64,000 bases of DNA from Nageia nagi (taxonomy: Eukaryota; Plantae; Pinophyta): contig JBITNC010000002.1 in NCBI GenBank assembly GCA_050084985.1, positions 13,206,001-13,270,000 of the forward strand, given 5' to 3'. Position numbers and translations under genes: made by a program. Positions within the stretch are counted from its first letter, which is position 1. Each line of letters opens with the position of its first letter. The notes below the pieces were generated by a model that worked only from the letters and a program-made list of their open reading frames with translations, was not told the origin of the DNA and did no database searches. Shown here one piece after another: positions 51,470-64,000 of the stretch.

Positions 51470-54078
51470 AGACAAAGACAAAAAATTTATGATGTGATAA
51501 TGAAGGTGGACTCCTCTTTTGTAGGCAAAATTAGGGCTTTATTTTCTCTTGGTTGGTTAGGATTAGCCATGAATGTGGCAAATTCAAATCTCTCCCTCAA
51601 TTTGGCCAACTCAGGGATATGTGCTCAATTCAAAACTTTACCCTTTTGGACATTGCATTGGAGCTAGGTGGGCTCCCAATTTGAGCGCATGCCTCCAAGA
51701 GTCAAATTTATGTCTTTTGAATCCATGTGCTGGAGTTTGGTGTGTCTTTGGGTTGGGCGCATGCTTTTAGGAATCATGATTTTGTCTTTTCAAATCATAT
51801 GCCTGACCTAGTGATCCATAAACTATAAGACTACAATTTTCAATTTAATCTTTACTCATGAATCAATTCACACTTAAAATAATTAAGTGCTTGTAAAGGG
51901 AATTCAGGAAATAAATTGTAAACACAGAGAAGAGCAAAAGCATTCATCAAAGAAGAGACAAGCAAGATTTATCCTGGTTCATCCAATGTGGGCTACATTC
52001 AGCTCAAAGCTCTCTACTATCAATGGGGAGAATCACTTTACAAGGCCTCCTTGGTCCTTCAAAACCTCCTCTCACATTCACAATACACTCTCAGCTCTGA
52101 AAATCACAACAAAACTGAAACACTTCCCGAAATCCTCTTCCTCCTTCCTTCTGTCCAATTTGCTCCACTTTTATACAATTTTTGGAGCTAAAATTGGAGA
52201 TAATTACAACTAAGAAATCCAACAAAAAACCTATTTTCAAATACCCATTAACCTCCTTAATCTTCCTGTCAAATTTGGGCTCAATTGGTTGCAAAAATCT
52301 CCTAAAAACGAGCTCTGAAACTGAAAAACACGCTCTCTGGACTGTTACAGGCTACAAGATAAACTCAGCCCAAAAATAGGACCTTAGGCAAATCAAAAAT
52401 CACAAAAAACCTTTGAAAAACGCCAAAATACGTTAAAATATTCCAAAACTGGGCGGGTGCGCTGTGGAGCTGACACGTGGCGCATTCTGGAACGAAGTCA
52501 AACGGTCAACGGGCAGTACACGCAGGCAGCTGAGCTGATTGGCGGCTTACGTGTTAGGTCGCGGTTGGTCGGCAGGTCTGGTTGGCGCTACATGTAGGCA
52601 CGCGTTCACGTGGTCAAAACGCGGTCAAAACAGCCGGTTGGCGGTCTTTCCCCCGCCTCGTCACCTCCTATGTGGTGCTTGACTCCATGCTGGCTGTTGA
52701 CTCCTACGTGGTCCCTTGTGGCAGGCGGGTCTGTCACGACGTGGTCTGGCGGGTCCTCCTCCTCCTGCGTGGCCTCCACAATGGCGGGCGGGTCCCGCCA
52801 TATTTTTTATTTTTTATTTTTTTTTTCAAAAATACTCAAAATAGACTTAAGGCCATAACTTTCACATACGGACTCGGATTCTCGATCCGAAAGAAGCGTC
52901 GGAAAGCTAAAGATAAGACGATCACAATGAATACACTGAAATGGAGATTACTGAATGTTGAAGGGATCCAAATTTTCGGATCACCCGGAGGCCTCTTAGG
53001 ACTTGGCACAAGCTTTCTTGAGTCACCAACTTGTCTTTCGTACCCCTGTGCTTATCTCCTATCTTGATTTCATCTTGATTTTCATTTCCCTTGGGCCCAT
53101 ACTTGGCCAAATTTGATCATGAATACTCCTGGAGCCTACCCAACTCCAGTGCAAGCTACTAAAGGTCACAAGTATGCCTTTATTCTCTATGCACTTGAAC
53201 TAGATTTCCTTTCTTGTTGAGCGCATGATTTCAAAAGTCATAATCATAACTTTTAAAACCATGTGCCTAGCTTTATGTGCATACTTTGCCTTAGTTTCGT
53301 ACCCCTTGATCCTTGCCTTAGTCAAAAATTTTCTCTTTGAAGTGAATTGAGTCTCCATCCAAGCCTGGTGCAGGGTTTTTGTAAGTCATAATTTTGTCTA
53401 TTTTCCTCATGCTCTGAGCTCCCATCTCTTCTTCCTTGGACGCATGCTTTTAAAAGTCACATTTATGACTTCCAAATTCGTGCAATGGGCTTCTTGAGTC
53501 CCCTTGTTCTAGGCGCAAGTTACGAAAAGTCATAATTATGACTTTTGAAATCATGCATTGGGTTCCTTGGGTATTTTGAACCTGTTTTGATGCTAGTCAT
53601 TTTTGCCTTAGCTAGCTTTTTTAATCTCAAAATCATTTAGCACCTTGCTCATGATCCAACGCAAGCATATTATGTGCTCTACCTTGTCCTCTTTTGTCTC
53701 AAATCTGGTCTTCTAGCCTCTTAGAGCCAGGCACAAGCTTTTAAAAGTCATAATTATGACTTTTAAAGTCATGTGCTCAAGCCTTAAGCTCTTTTTTTGT
53801 CGTTTTACAGTCCCTTAATCTGATCATTTGATTGGAGATCGCTTTCAAAGGCTAGGATTTCACGTTTTGACCTTCTTCACTCCACACTAAGGCTCCTCCT
53901 GACCATGCGCATGCTTTCGAAAGTTATGATTATGATTTTTAAAGTCATGTGTTATCCTCCTTGTTTGTCTTCAAGCTGAATTTGATGCCTCTTGAGGCCT
54001 ACACTAAGTCCATTTTCATCTTTTCTTGGTCTTGAAGTCGCCTCAAGTTGGGGATTTCTACTTGGAACACCTGTGACA
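51470..54078 (-). mobile_element. LTR-like segment containing an array of long palindromes
   Basis: Begins TGTCACAGG at 54078 on the minus strand; repeated GCGCATG..AAAAGTCATAATTATGACTTTT..CATG units; interrupted by 51812-52983. Confidence 0.55.
51812..52983. mobile_element. Solo LTR with a CpG-rich core
   Basis: TGATCC...GGATCA termini. Flanks CCTAG/CCCGG fit a TSD with CpG decay, and the host palindrome array continues on both sides. Confidence 0.65.
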
Positions 54079-54089
54079 AAGTCATACGC

Positions 54090-55365
54090 TTAGCCAAATA
54101 TTGTCAATCTCGAATTCAGGCTCCCCATCTTGCCTTTCTCTCTAGACTCTTTCCTATATACCAATGATGAGTGGGCTGTTGACATAGATGAGTGCCTTGA
54201 CGTCTTCAATATGGATGTCGAAGAGGAGTTTGGCGATGATGAAACTAATGACCAAGTAGTAGAGAACTCCACTCGTCTAGAGAAGAGCCAGACTTGTGAC
54301 ATATGACCAATGATGTAGTCCACATCAAGACAATGTACACAGACTGTTGGAATGTATAATGCATTATTGTAAAGGTTTGTATTAAATCTTCTATGTAAGT
54401 TCATTAATACTTAAGGGTATCATTTGATACCTTAAGTATTTAAGTGAATATGATAATGTAACTTGTCCTACACTCCATGTCATGAGCATGCCCCTTGGGT
54501 AAAAGGATGTGCATGTCATGCTTTTGTACATTGGATAAAAGGGTGATCCAAAGAAGGATTTTGGCCTATAAATAGAAGGCTCCCTCTTTGTGATCACACA
54601 CCAATTGTGGAGTAAAGTTATGCTATAGAATAGAAGTGTAAGAGTTGAGATTAAGAGGATTATAAGAGAGTTGTATTTGTGATTGAAGTAAAGATCTAGT
54701 TAGTGGATGTACTCCTAGTTGGAGGAACCACTTACATCTTATGTTGTGAGATTGCTTTGTGAGTTTGTTAGATGTAATTGTGAGCTCTCATGTGATCTTG
54801 GTTGATTAGGAATTATCTTGTTAGTGTTAGTTCCTACACAAACAAGGCCAACCCACAAAGGCATGAAGATCTCAAACAAATTAACCCAATTATCAATACA
54901 TTCCCTATTGGAATTGTGGGTAGGAAGCACACGATCATAGCCAATATGAATGCAATCACCAAGGACAGGCTACAAAAGGAGAAAGAGATCAAGAGCCTGA
55001 AGGAGGAGTTAGCTGCCCAAAGGAGATTGACAAGGGATATAGAATCTATGAAGGTGCCCCCCGAAGAGCTCAAGAAGCTGAAACCATTGAAGGAGAGGTT
55101 GGTGGTCATTAAACAAGAGTTGATTGAAGACATATTAACAATGTTGGCACAGTTCGTGGAGACCTTGCAAAAGATTTCCATTGAAAAGCACAAGCTAAAG
55201 GACATTGTGAAAAACAAAGTTGATTTCCTTAGGAGGTTAGAGCCTCGAAGAACCATCATTGAGAGCTTTCAGATGACTCAAGATCAGAGACCAAAGGATG
55301 CTAGCTTTTGTGATGACCATTGGTTCTATTTGGGGGTGGTGCAGCAAATGGCTACTCCCTTTTAG
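54090..55365 (+). pseudogene. Coiled-coil-rich ORF remnant (probable retroelement extra ORF), split by the solo LTR
   Basis: Acidic stretch at 54160-54340, then QKEKEIKSLKEELAAQRRL...; no recognisable domain. Confidence 0.45.
54345..54838 (+). mobile_element. Solo LTR of the copia A family
   Basis: Reverse complement of 1341-1838, TG...CA ends and TSD CAGAC/CAAAC. Confidence 0.9.
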
Positions 55366-55369
55366 GAAG

Positions 55370-56485
55370 TGAGTAAGGAAGTTTACTGGGTCCTCTTGCT
55401 CTTCCTCTACATCGCATGAAGGTGCATCACTAAATGTTGAATCAATTGTAGACAAGTTTATGGGTTCATGATCACAGTTATCCTTATACTCCAACTGCTT
55501 CACATATAATCGCAAGTTGACATAGACATACACAATGTCATATAACCATTGTGTTTTCATCCTATTAACATTAAACAAATTTTTCCATAATGAGAATTTA
55601 GAAATGACAACTAAGAACTAAGAAGTTAGAACTAGGAACTTAGGAAGTATCCATTGAAGCTTTCAAGCTGAAATGAATCAAATTGCTAACATGTTGCGCT
55701 TCTTGGAGTGAATTTTTTCAAAGGCACTCCAATTGTGCTCAAATCTTAAAGCACTAAATGTTTGACTGAGGATGCAGATGGCTAGTCTTTGCAAATCGGG
55801 TGTCTCACCTCCAAAATGCATCCACCACATTTCTAAAATACAAATCAAACCATAAAACATTGAAATTTAAAATTGATAAAAGCTTAATTCTAAATGTATA
55901 AACTTATAACATTTTCAAATATCAACTACATTCTATAAAAAGTTAAAAACATTATGAAATGAACAATTTGAACTTTTCTCTCCTGGAGGAAGCAAAAATC
56001 GTGACCTTTAGCAGCACCATAACCAAAGAAGCCTAATAAGTTCTTGTATTTCTTAAGGCCCATCAAGACTTGGGCATGAATGATGGGATTAATCGCCATA
56101 GTGGATATGCATTTTGTTGCCCCCATGATAGCCTCCAGATCAGTAATGTAATTGCAACTTGGTGCAAATAGTAAGGAAGGGCTCAAGATGGCCCCTTCTC
56201 AATGAATATCGTGATGGAGCATGTTGTGCCATTGTGCATCAATGAGATGCCAAAAGATGGTGTACTTGTCATGGTACTCACTATCCTCATCTAAGTATTC
56301 GTAATATCTCTTGATGGCCTCCTTGGCCCTATCCATACCCTCATATAGGTAACCCTTACCCTCATATAGGTAACCCATTGTAGGCCTATCTCCATCTAGT
56401 AAGTGGAGGACTCATACAATTGGTGCAGTCATTGCACAAATTTCTTTGAGCCTATCCCAAAATACCTACTTGCCTATCAAAGAAG
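55370..56485 (-). pseudogene. hAT-superfamily transposase C-terminal remnant
   Basis: DGDRPTMGYLYE..MDRAKEAI, WWMHFGGETPDLQRLAICILSQ...EHNWSAFEKIHSKKRN and LYDIVYVYVNLRL (hAT dimerization region). Confidence 0.88.
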
Positions 56486-56486
56486 T

Positions 56487-57431
56487 TGTTAACGTGATTT
56501 TGTTTCCCCCCCGTGGGAAACACCACCATAAAGAGTGAGGTAGCGTTACTTACCTCCACTTGAAAGGACTTTAACCCCAAGGTTTATGCATCTTCGAAGC
56601 TCAAAGGGGATTCTCGTGACTTTAAACAGATTTCCCTACCAATTGGTGTTCTTTTGTTGCGGAACTGGCTCAGGTAAGAATGTGCTCGGGGTGATTAACT
56701 CACAAAGTAATTATGGACCTATTGGTTACACCAAGGTCGCCTCGAATAGGGTAATTTTGGATGGCTCTAGGGCCTCACCAATCGCAACAGTAGCAAGGCC
56801 TAGCCCAAGGCTTCCTAACTCCTTTGTGATGGAACTGAAAGTGTTCCTCTCCCAAATGGCCGAAGTAAGCTTAAGGCTAGCCTTCAATCACCTTAAGACC
56901 TCAAATGCAGATTTCTTCACAAGTGATGAAGAAAGAGTTCTTACACTCAGTCCGATAAAAGGGGTTTTAATCATCAATTTAGCATATCCATAATATCCAA
57001 GAGTTATCCTTTTATAGGCGATGTATTCCATCTTCTAATCTTGCATTGAGATGATCTAACATTGGAGAGGAGTGATCCGTATGCTCCAACTGTCAACGTC
57101 ATGATTGGAGAGCCTAGGGATAAGTGAGATCACATCCAATGACCTAGAAACATGGGGTTGAGGGGCCCTTAAATGAGTCTTGGTATCGATGCCATGCATC
57201 CAAATACCCAAGGAGGGCGACGTGGGGCCTAGGGATGCCCAATCCTCCAACGTGGGGGTTAATTCTTCCCTAAATACCCAACGTCCAAGTATGGAAGCCG
57301 TCCAATGTCTCGAGATGCCAAATATCCCTCTTGGGATGCCATGTCCAGCCTTGGAGCTCTTCTTGATGCTTCGAAGTCTGTGTAATCACATAGGGAGATG
57401 CTCTACCTCAAAGTGAGGAGCATTAATGACA
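56487..57431. mobile_element. LTR-like insertion between the hAT and LINE remnants
   Basis: Abrupt TGTTAAC start that cuts the hAT frame; candidate CA ends at 57061 or 57431; no convincing TSD. Confidence 0.4.
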
Positions 57432-58950
57432 AAAGGACCATCTAATGCCAATATTACATTCATCAAGGCTAGAAATATGCAACTCCTCACTATTGAAGAC
57501 TAATATTGCATTTACAAATATAATTGCCTTGGTATCATTAAGACACATTATTGGCATAATTAGGCACTCAACTATACCTAATGAACTAATAAAAAGGGCC
57601 ATCGTTCCATAACTAGAGCATTTAACTAAGTCTCTTAGTGGAACATACAATAATTGGCCAAAAACTACTAAAATAGATAAAATCACGCCTAAGATAATGC
57701 TCCCATTTATCGTAAGGGAAATGAGGAAAACACCATAAAAATGGGGACATTACACAATAATGGCCGAAATCAAAGAGTAATGAGTGTTGGACTTTGAATT
57801 GTTTCAAGGACCCTGTACGAATTTTAGCTTCCAACAATAGTTCCACTATGGTCCTCAATCATTGATTTGAGAATATTCAAAGAGCACATTTTAAATCCTT
57901 CTTCTAGAGCTATTTTGGTTTCCAAGAAGAAGGCTTGTGCCTACGCAAAATGGTCTGTTTGTTTTCCTAGAGGTTCAACAATGGCTAGTAAGATTTTCCT
58001 AAAAAAATCTCAAAAAGACTCCTCCAGCTGTAGCTTCCCAGAGTTACCTTTGGCCACCATCACAATTAACTTCAACCCAATCATCCTAAGTAGGGTTCCA
58101 CATCACCAAGTCTTTAGGATTCAAGGCCTTTGGAGAATCAGCCACATCTAGATGCTAGTTTTTAAAGATATTTCTTTAATGGGGAGTCACTATTTCCTTA
58201 ATATTATATAAGAGCTTCCAATTCTCCAATCAGGAGTAAATAATCCGATTACTAAGGGAGATGGCATCCAACTTCTTTTCCTTAAAGATTATGTTATTGC
58301 AATCCTTCCATACTCTCCATAGGAGGTGGGGCAAACTCATCTTCCAAAGCCACTTAGTGTTTTTGATCTGAACAAAGAGATCCACTGAAGGAAAACATCA
58401 GCAACACAATTAGGTGAGGTCTATCTCAAGTTGAACGTAGCAATAACCTATGATAAGAATTCACAAGAAAAATTACACAGTAGAAAAATATGGTTCGCCG
58501 ATTCAAAGTCCTTTTTCACATAGGGCACATCTATTGACTCACTAGAAACCATTTTTGAGAAGGTTATCAATTGTCAGGATTTTGTTTTGGGCAGCTACCC
58601 AAAAGAATATTGCAATTTTAGGGGTGTGTTCTTTATCCAGATGGATTTCACGAGCAGCCAACTAGGGTAACCTTCATGCACCAGGTCATAACCAGTTTTA
58701 ACAAAATAGTAAATACTAGCCTTTAGTGGTTTTGCTCTAGATTATTTTTTCCTTTCCTCCACTCAGATTTAAGGGAAGACTATCATGGCCACATTGAGAT
58801 CCTTTTGAGCTCGGGACTCCTCTTCTGAGAGATTTTGGATATCAATGATTTTACAACTAGGGATTCCTCTTTCAAAAGTTAAGAAATATTTAACTTTGAG
58901 TCCCATTTCAGCTGAGAGTAGGTATCAACAATTTCATATCAACTAAAAAA
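57432..58950 (-). mobile_element. Plant L1-type LINE ORF2 3' remnant (zf-RVT and RNase H-like)
   Basis: IWIKNTPPKIAIFFW..QNKILTIDNL..RCALC...ESANHIFLLC, LLWSIWKDCNNIIF and a decayed KLN.DG..KGN.G motif. Confidence 0.82.
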
Positions 58951-59453
58951 TATCTATATAGATGAGGAAAATAACAAAAGAAATAATCTCACAGATTTGA
59001 TCCTTTCTTGCAAGTTGATTGTAGGGCAAAGCTCAGTAATAAGTTCTCCACTTCCAAGTAGAGATGCAGCAATTAAGATATCAAATCTATCATCCTCTTC
59101 TACGACTTCATCTAGATGTACAACCTATAACTGTATCTAAATAGAGAAACCATACTCATGTCTTTCTCACACCTTCCATAAACTGTAAAAGAGAAATCTA
59201 CAACATATAAAAAAACAAAGCCCTTCCTTTGAAGGATTACATCATTTCTTTCTTCCTAGATTTATTTTACCTGAAGCATTTTGTTTTCTTTTTGGGGGAT
59301 AGAATGGCTATTTCCATTCCACTCTTGTACTTTTCCCTCTCCCCCATCTCAAAAATGTTATTTTTTCTTTTATTTTCTTTGTGGGCGATGTAATATCATA
59401 TTAGAATGTTTTACTTTTTAGATTTATTTTCAAGCACCCTTTTGATTCCCTAG

Positions 59454-62200
59454 TGTTGTGCCCGCACAACGCATCCCAAGTTGCAACATTTTGAGAACTC
59501 AATTTTTGCAACAGCAATGAGCAACATTGCTTGGGCATGATAAACTTACGGCCAATATGGAGACCCAGAACAGCCAAATGATCAAATAATAGATGATCAT
59601 GCCCTGAAGTCATGAAGAGGGTTCGACTCAGCCAGTGGTCGAGTTAGGGCCCGGTTTCAAGCAACACCTCACAGGATGGAATTATGGATCATGACAGCAT
59701 CCAAACAGTGGAGTTTTGAACAAATGGCGACCAGGCCGGAAAAGGCGTCGTTTTGGCAAGTTTGAGTGATAAAGGTGCCAAGACAACAAAAGGTGCGTTT
59801 TTTGTCAAGTTCGAGCCAAGGAGCAGTGGATATAGTTAAGATGACAAAAATGTGTGTTTTTATACAAATTGAGCTTGAAAGGGGCATCTACAGACAGAAG
59901 GCACATTTTTGTCAAATTTGAGCCCAGAGAGCCAGAAAATGGTCAGTAGCACGAAAAAAGGCGTTTTGGTCAATTTTGAGCCGAAAAGTGGTCAATATAG
60001 TAAAAATGTGCGTTTTTGCACAATTTGAACCCAGAAAGCTTAGAAATGACCAAAATTGCAAGATAGAGCTCAAAGTGCTCGGAAATGCCGGAAATGGTCA
60101 TTTTTGCACATCTTGAGTCCGAAAAGGCCGGAAATGTAGACTTTGAGCTTGAAATGCCAGAACTATCGAAAATGATCATTTTTCACCATTCGAGCTCAGA
60201 AATGTCCGGAAATGGTCGAAATGCATACTTAGAGTCCGAAAATGCTGGAAATGGCCACAAATGCACCGTTTGAGCCCATAAAAGATGGGAAAGGTTGGGA
60301 ATGTGCAATATAGCATGGAATGAATGAGGAAAGCAAGTTTGAGCACCCTTGAGGGCCAAAATTAAAAAAAAAAATGAGCATTTTGATGTCCGAAAAGCTT
60401 CAAGTTGACCCTGAAAAGCTGAGTCTTTTCAAAGTGCTCAAAATGAAAATCCGAGAGAGAGGTGTGGTGCCAAACGACAAATTAAGGCCACTCTACTCTT
60501 GGAAATATCGAAAAAACTCGAGTTTTGACCCTCAAAAAGTTACGGGGAGTTTTGCAAGTTTTCCCTCGGTCTAATTTCGAAAAATGGCCTATTCTTTTCA
60601 AAACCTGCGCCTACCTTTTGGGAGGCCCAAATTGATCCGAATTGGCAATTTTTGAGCTCAGAGTGTAGGGATTGCGATTCTACATCAAATTAGTCTTTCA
60701 AGTTCATGATTTCGACGAGTTTTGCTCCACCAAAAGTGAGAAAACATGAAAATGAGTAAAGAACAGCCAATAGGAATGCTCCAAATTTTCCAAAATTCCA
60801 AAAGTGTCAAAATGAAAATTTAAGAAATAGGTAGGGTGGTAAATAAAAAATTAGGCACCTTTCCTCTTGAAATTTTCGAAATTGGACAATTTTTACCCCT
60901 CCTAGAGTTAGGCGTTGGTTTTGGGTGTTTTCCCTCATTTTCTCAATTTTCCAAAAACACCCCAAAAGTCTCAAAACCTGTGCCTACCCTTCTTGTGCCC
61001 CAAAATTGCAAAAAATTGAAATTTTTGATCTTCATAGGGTGTAGGATGGGATTTCACATAAGATTGATGATTTGAGTTTTCCAAAATAATGTGATCTGCT
61101 TCCTCAAATCATCAAATTTCAATTGGCCAATGAGAAAGCTCCAAAAATTTCCCAAATTTTCCAAAATTGGCCAAATCAAAAAAGGAGAGTGAGGTAGGAT
61201 ACAAAATTCAAAGAAGAGCAACATTGCCTCTTGCAATGTTGCAAAAGAAACTAATTTTCCCCTCCAAAAACCTAGGCTGCAATTTTGCCTTTTATCTCCC
61301 ATCTTCTAATTTTTCTAAAACATGCCAAGACCCTCAAAGCCTGTGCCTAGCACTCAAGGGGTCATTTTTGCTCAAAATTCAAAAAAATTGATCCTAGGAG
61401 CATGGAAAATCCAATTTTACACATCATTCATGTTTTACGTTTTTTGAAAAAAGTGGATCTACTCCCCCAAAATGACAAAATTTGGATCAACCAATGGGAT
61501 AGCTTGAAATTTTTTTAAGTTTTTTCAAAATCCTCAAAATCAAAATTCGAAAAAAAGGTAGGGTGTCAAATTCAAAGGAGATCAACATTGCCTTTTGTAA
61601 TGTTGCAAAAAAATCAAGTTTAGCCCCTCAAAAAATTATGTGGCAGTTTTGGGAGTTTTCCACCATTTGCTTAAAATCCAGAACATGCTTAAAACTCCTA
61701 AAACCTGCGCCTAGCCTCCTTGACCCCTAAAATTGCCTAAAATTGCAATTTTTTGCTTCTATGAGATAGGTGGTGTGATTCTACATCATTTTGACCTATC
61801 ATTTGTGCAATTTGGCCCACACAAACTCCCAAAAACTACCTTTTTGCATTCAAAAGGGATTCAAAGGCTAAGAAAACTCAAAAAATTTGGATTTTTCCTC
61901 AAAAATCTCAAAATTTGAAATCCAAATCTGAAACATGGAGATTGAAGAGCATCCAATGGCCATCATTATTGCTTCCAAGACCCCCCACATTGCACCAAAT
62001 TTGCTCCTTCTACACTTAGGCGCAGGTTTGGCCATTTTTCCCATGTTTCCCAACATTGGCAAGGAGGAGGAAAGGTTCAAAATGCAAGTTTTGAGCTCTA
62101 GGGTTGATGAGGTGATGACATGTGGCACCTTTTGACACTTTGAGCCTATAAATACAGCTATACTCCCTTCATTTTTCTCCACTCTCATTTTTGCACCCTT
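59454..62200 (+). mobile_element. Long LTR-like segment of the Tat-associated family with a ~365-bp periodic array
   Basis: TGTTGTGCCCGCACAAC start; the first ~850 bp resemble the reverse complement of 25170-26066. Array anchors at 60601, 60974, 61337 and 61701; TATA CTATAAATA at ~62146. Confidence 0.75.
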
Positions 62201-62529
62201 ATGCTACCCAAATTTTTGAGAATTTGAGAGCCAAGTGAGAAAGAAAGCCAACGTTCAGCCTTGGAGGATATTTTTGAACACTTAACACCATTTCTATTCA
62301 CCCAAACTCCATTAAAATTTGAAATCCAAGCATCCTCCATTCACATGAACTCTATTTTTTCAATTTTTGAGGATTGTTTCACCAAAACCCCCATTTTTCC
62401 AACCCTCAAACACTTGAAATTCCAGATTTCAAGTTTGATCACGTTTTTGAATACCCTTTATCCATGTGATCAACTTTTATTTTCAACAAAAAAATAGAAA
62501 CAAGAATAGAGAATGTGTTTGCTTAGAAA

Positions 62530-63605
62530 AATGAAGGCCTATCATACAGCATATAGGACTCCTTGAGGTTCTAAAAAAGTCTGAAACCTCCAGCTGATTT
62601 GATCAAAGATTGGTTGGTTGATGACCACAAGCATCTCACAAGGAGAGCCTTAGCAGCACCAAATAGAGGAGAGTTCTATCCAGTAGTCTCCAGATTAATA
62701 TCTATGCTTTCCAAAGTGACCAGACAAAAAGACGACACCAAATTCTAGCTAGAATTCACAGGGTTTATAGAACTGATTAGCAATGGTAAGGCATAAGGTG
62801 GAGCATAGTAATTAGTGATTGCGTGGCTTAACAATTGAAAAATATCCAGAGGAGCAGGTAATTCTATATGAACTCCTACCTAGTTTACCTACTCCTTTAC
62901 GGAAGGGAGAGGGTAACCTCAATCGCCAATACCTAGTATCTTTATGACCCCACACATCCAGTATGGAAAAACTACCCACGGTTCTTTGCTCATAACAAAT
63001 GGAACAATGGAAACTAGAAGATGATGACTGACAGTTTTGAAGGCAAAATTTACGAAGAGATCATGGGCAAAGCCAATGTACTCAAAATATCCAATGAGGT
63101 TGTTGCTGATATCAAGGGACATGCAAACTTATTTGCAGAAGACATAGAATTCACCTTCCCCAGGGTCTATAGCTCCAAAGAAGCCCCTTATAAGCTACCC
63201 CGTTATGTAAGTGATTGCATCATCCTCATGGAATTTTCAAGACACTTGCTAGACGTGCACAACAAGGTATGGGTAAAGCAAGCGACGACCACTTACCAAT
63301 TACCTATCGTCATTAGGAATTATGAATGCAACAACAGGTGACAGATTGACATGATTAAACAAGAGCTAGCGTTGTATGAATTCCCGATCGAAGTAGCTAT
63401 GGATCACTATAATCCCGATGGAGTGATTGATGCATTTTTCCAGAAGACTTGGAGCTCATCATATTCACACCAGTCCCTTGGTAGCATTGAGAGGTACAAG
63501 AACATTCAGAATGCCCTGCAGGTTCAACGGATTCACAGAGAGCTGAAGAAAGAACAAAAACAACAAGAAGCCAAAGAAACTGCCAGGTTAAGAGCTAATA
63601 CATAG
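62530..63605 (+). pseudogene. Decayed retroelement-associated extra ORF
   Basis: LISDCVA.QLKNI...FYMNSYLVYLL, PYKLPRYVSDCIILMEFSRHL and a coiled-coil tail. It resembles hypothetical proteins of gymnosperm retroelements (from memory, not searched). Confidence 0.55.
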
Positions 63606-64000
63606 GTCACCCCAACCCTAAGCCATGGGTATGTTATCCCCATAATATCCTCTTCAGTAACCCTGGCTCAAGGATAGAACAAGCAGTATGCTACCAAAAG
63701 CATCCCTAGACAAACCATTGAAACAATTGTCACAGGTACAAGGAATGAAATATTGAACCTCAGAAGGGCACGCCTGATCTCCAAACCATTCAAACATTTG
63801 TAGAAAAAAATAAATCTCTCGTAAGGTTTGAATTGGAGTGGTATGCGTCTGAATCAAAATCCCAGCACATCATCCTCCAATTTTGACAAATATGGACTGA
63901 GCGACTCATCAAAGTCCGATGAAGAGATGGATCTTACTGCAGTCATCGACATCGACATGGAGATAAACCAAGATATTACCTTTGATAGGGCCGACACTGA

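Noticed and set aside
52582-53067. 161-aa ORF
   Set aside because: It arises from GC-rich LTR sequence, crosses the LTR boundary and has no domain signal.
51757-53950. Palindromic repeats with spacers as a CRISPR array
   Set aside because: Spacing is highly irregular, copies are degenerate, the context is a eukaryotic LTR, and there are no cas genes.
59450-59471. Helitron 3' end (hairpin plus CTAG)
   Set aside because: CTAG abuts the hairpin with no spacer, is absent in the copies at 26066 and 49933, and there is no A|T target; the TG/CA ends fit an LTR.

Overview
AT-rich plant nuclear DNA, almost entirely a stack of nested and decayed transposable elements. A gymnosperm host is likely; this is an inference from a Tat-clade Ty3/gypsy element with an extra RNase H between protease and RT. 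From left to right: (1) two related Ty1/copia elements tail-to-tail, the second with a clean internal inversion of leader+gag+protease that breaks at its PBS; (2) a decayed Tat element carrying a young chromovirus (about 99.7% LTR identity, ATCAT TSD); (3) a second copia remnant interrupted by a solo LTR; (4) a low-copy island (about 29-34.7 kb) holding a minus-strand host gene of very short GT-AG exons that the ORF track misses; (5) two more chromoviruses, one lacking capsid and protease; (6) a cluster of long LTRs with ~183-bp tandem arrays, palindrome arrays and unknown extra ORFs; (7) hAT transposase and LINE remnants. No rRNA, tRNA or CRISPR was seen. All alignments and identities were judged by eye; no database searches were run.
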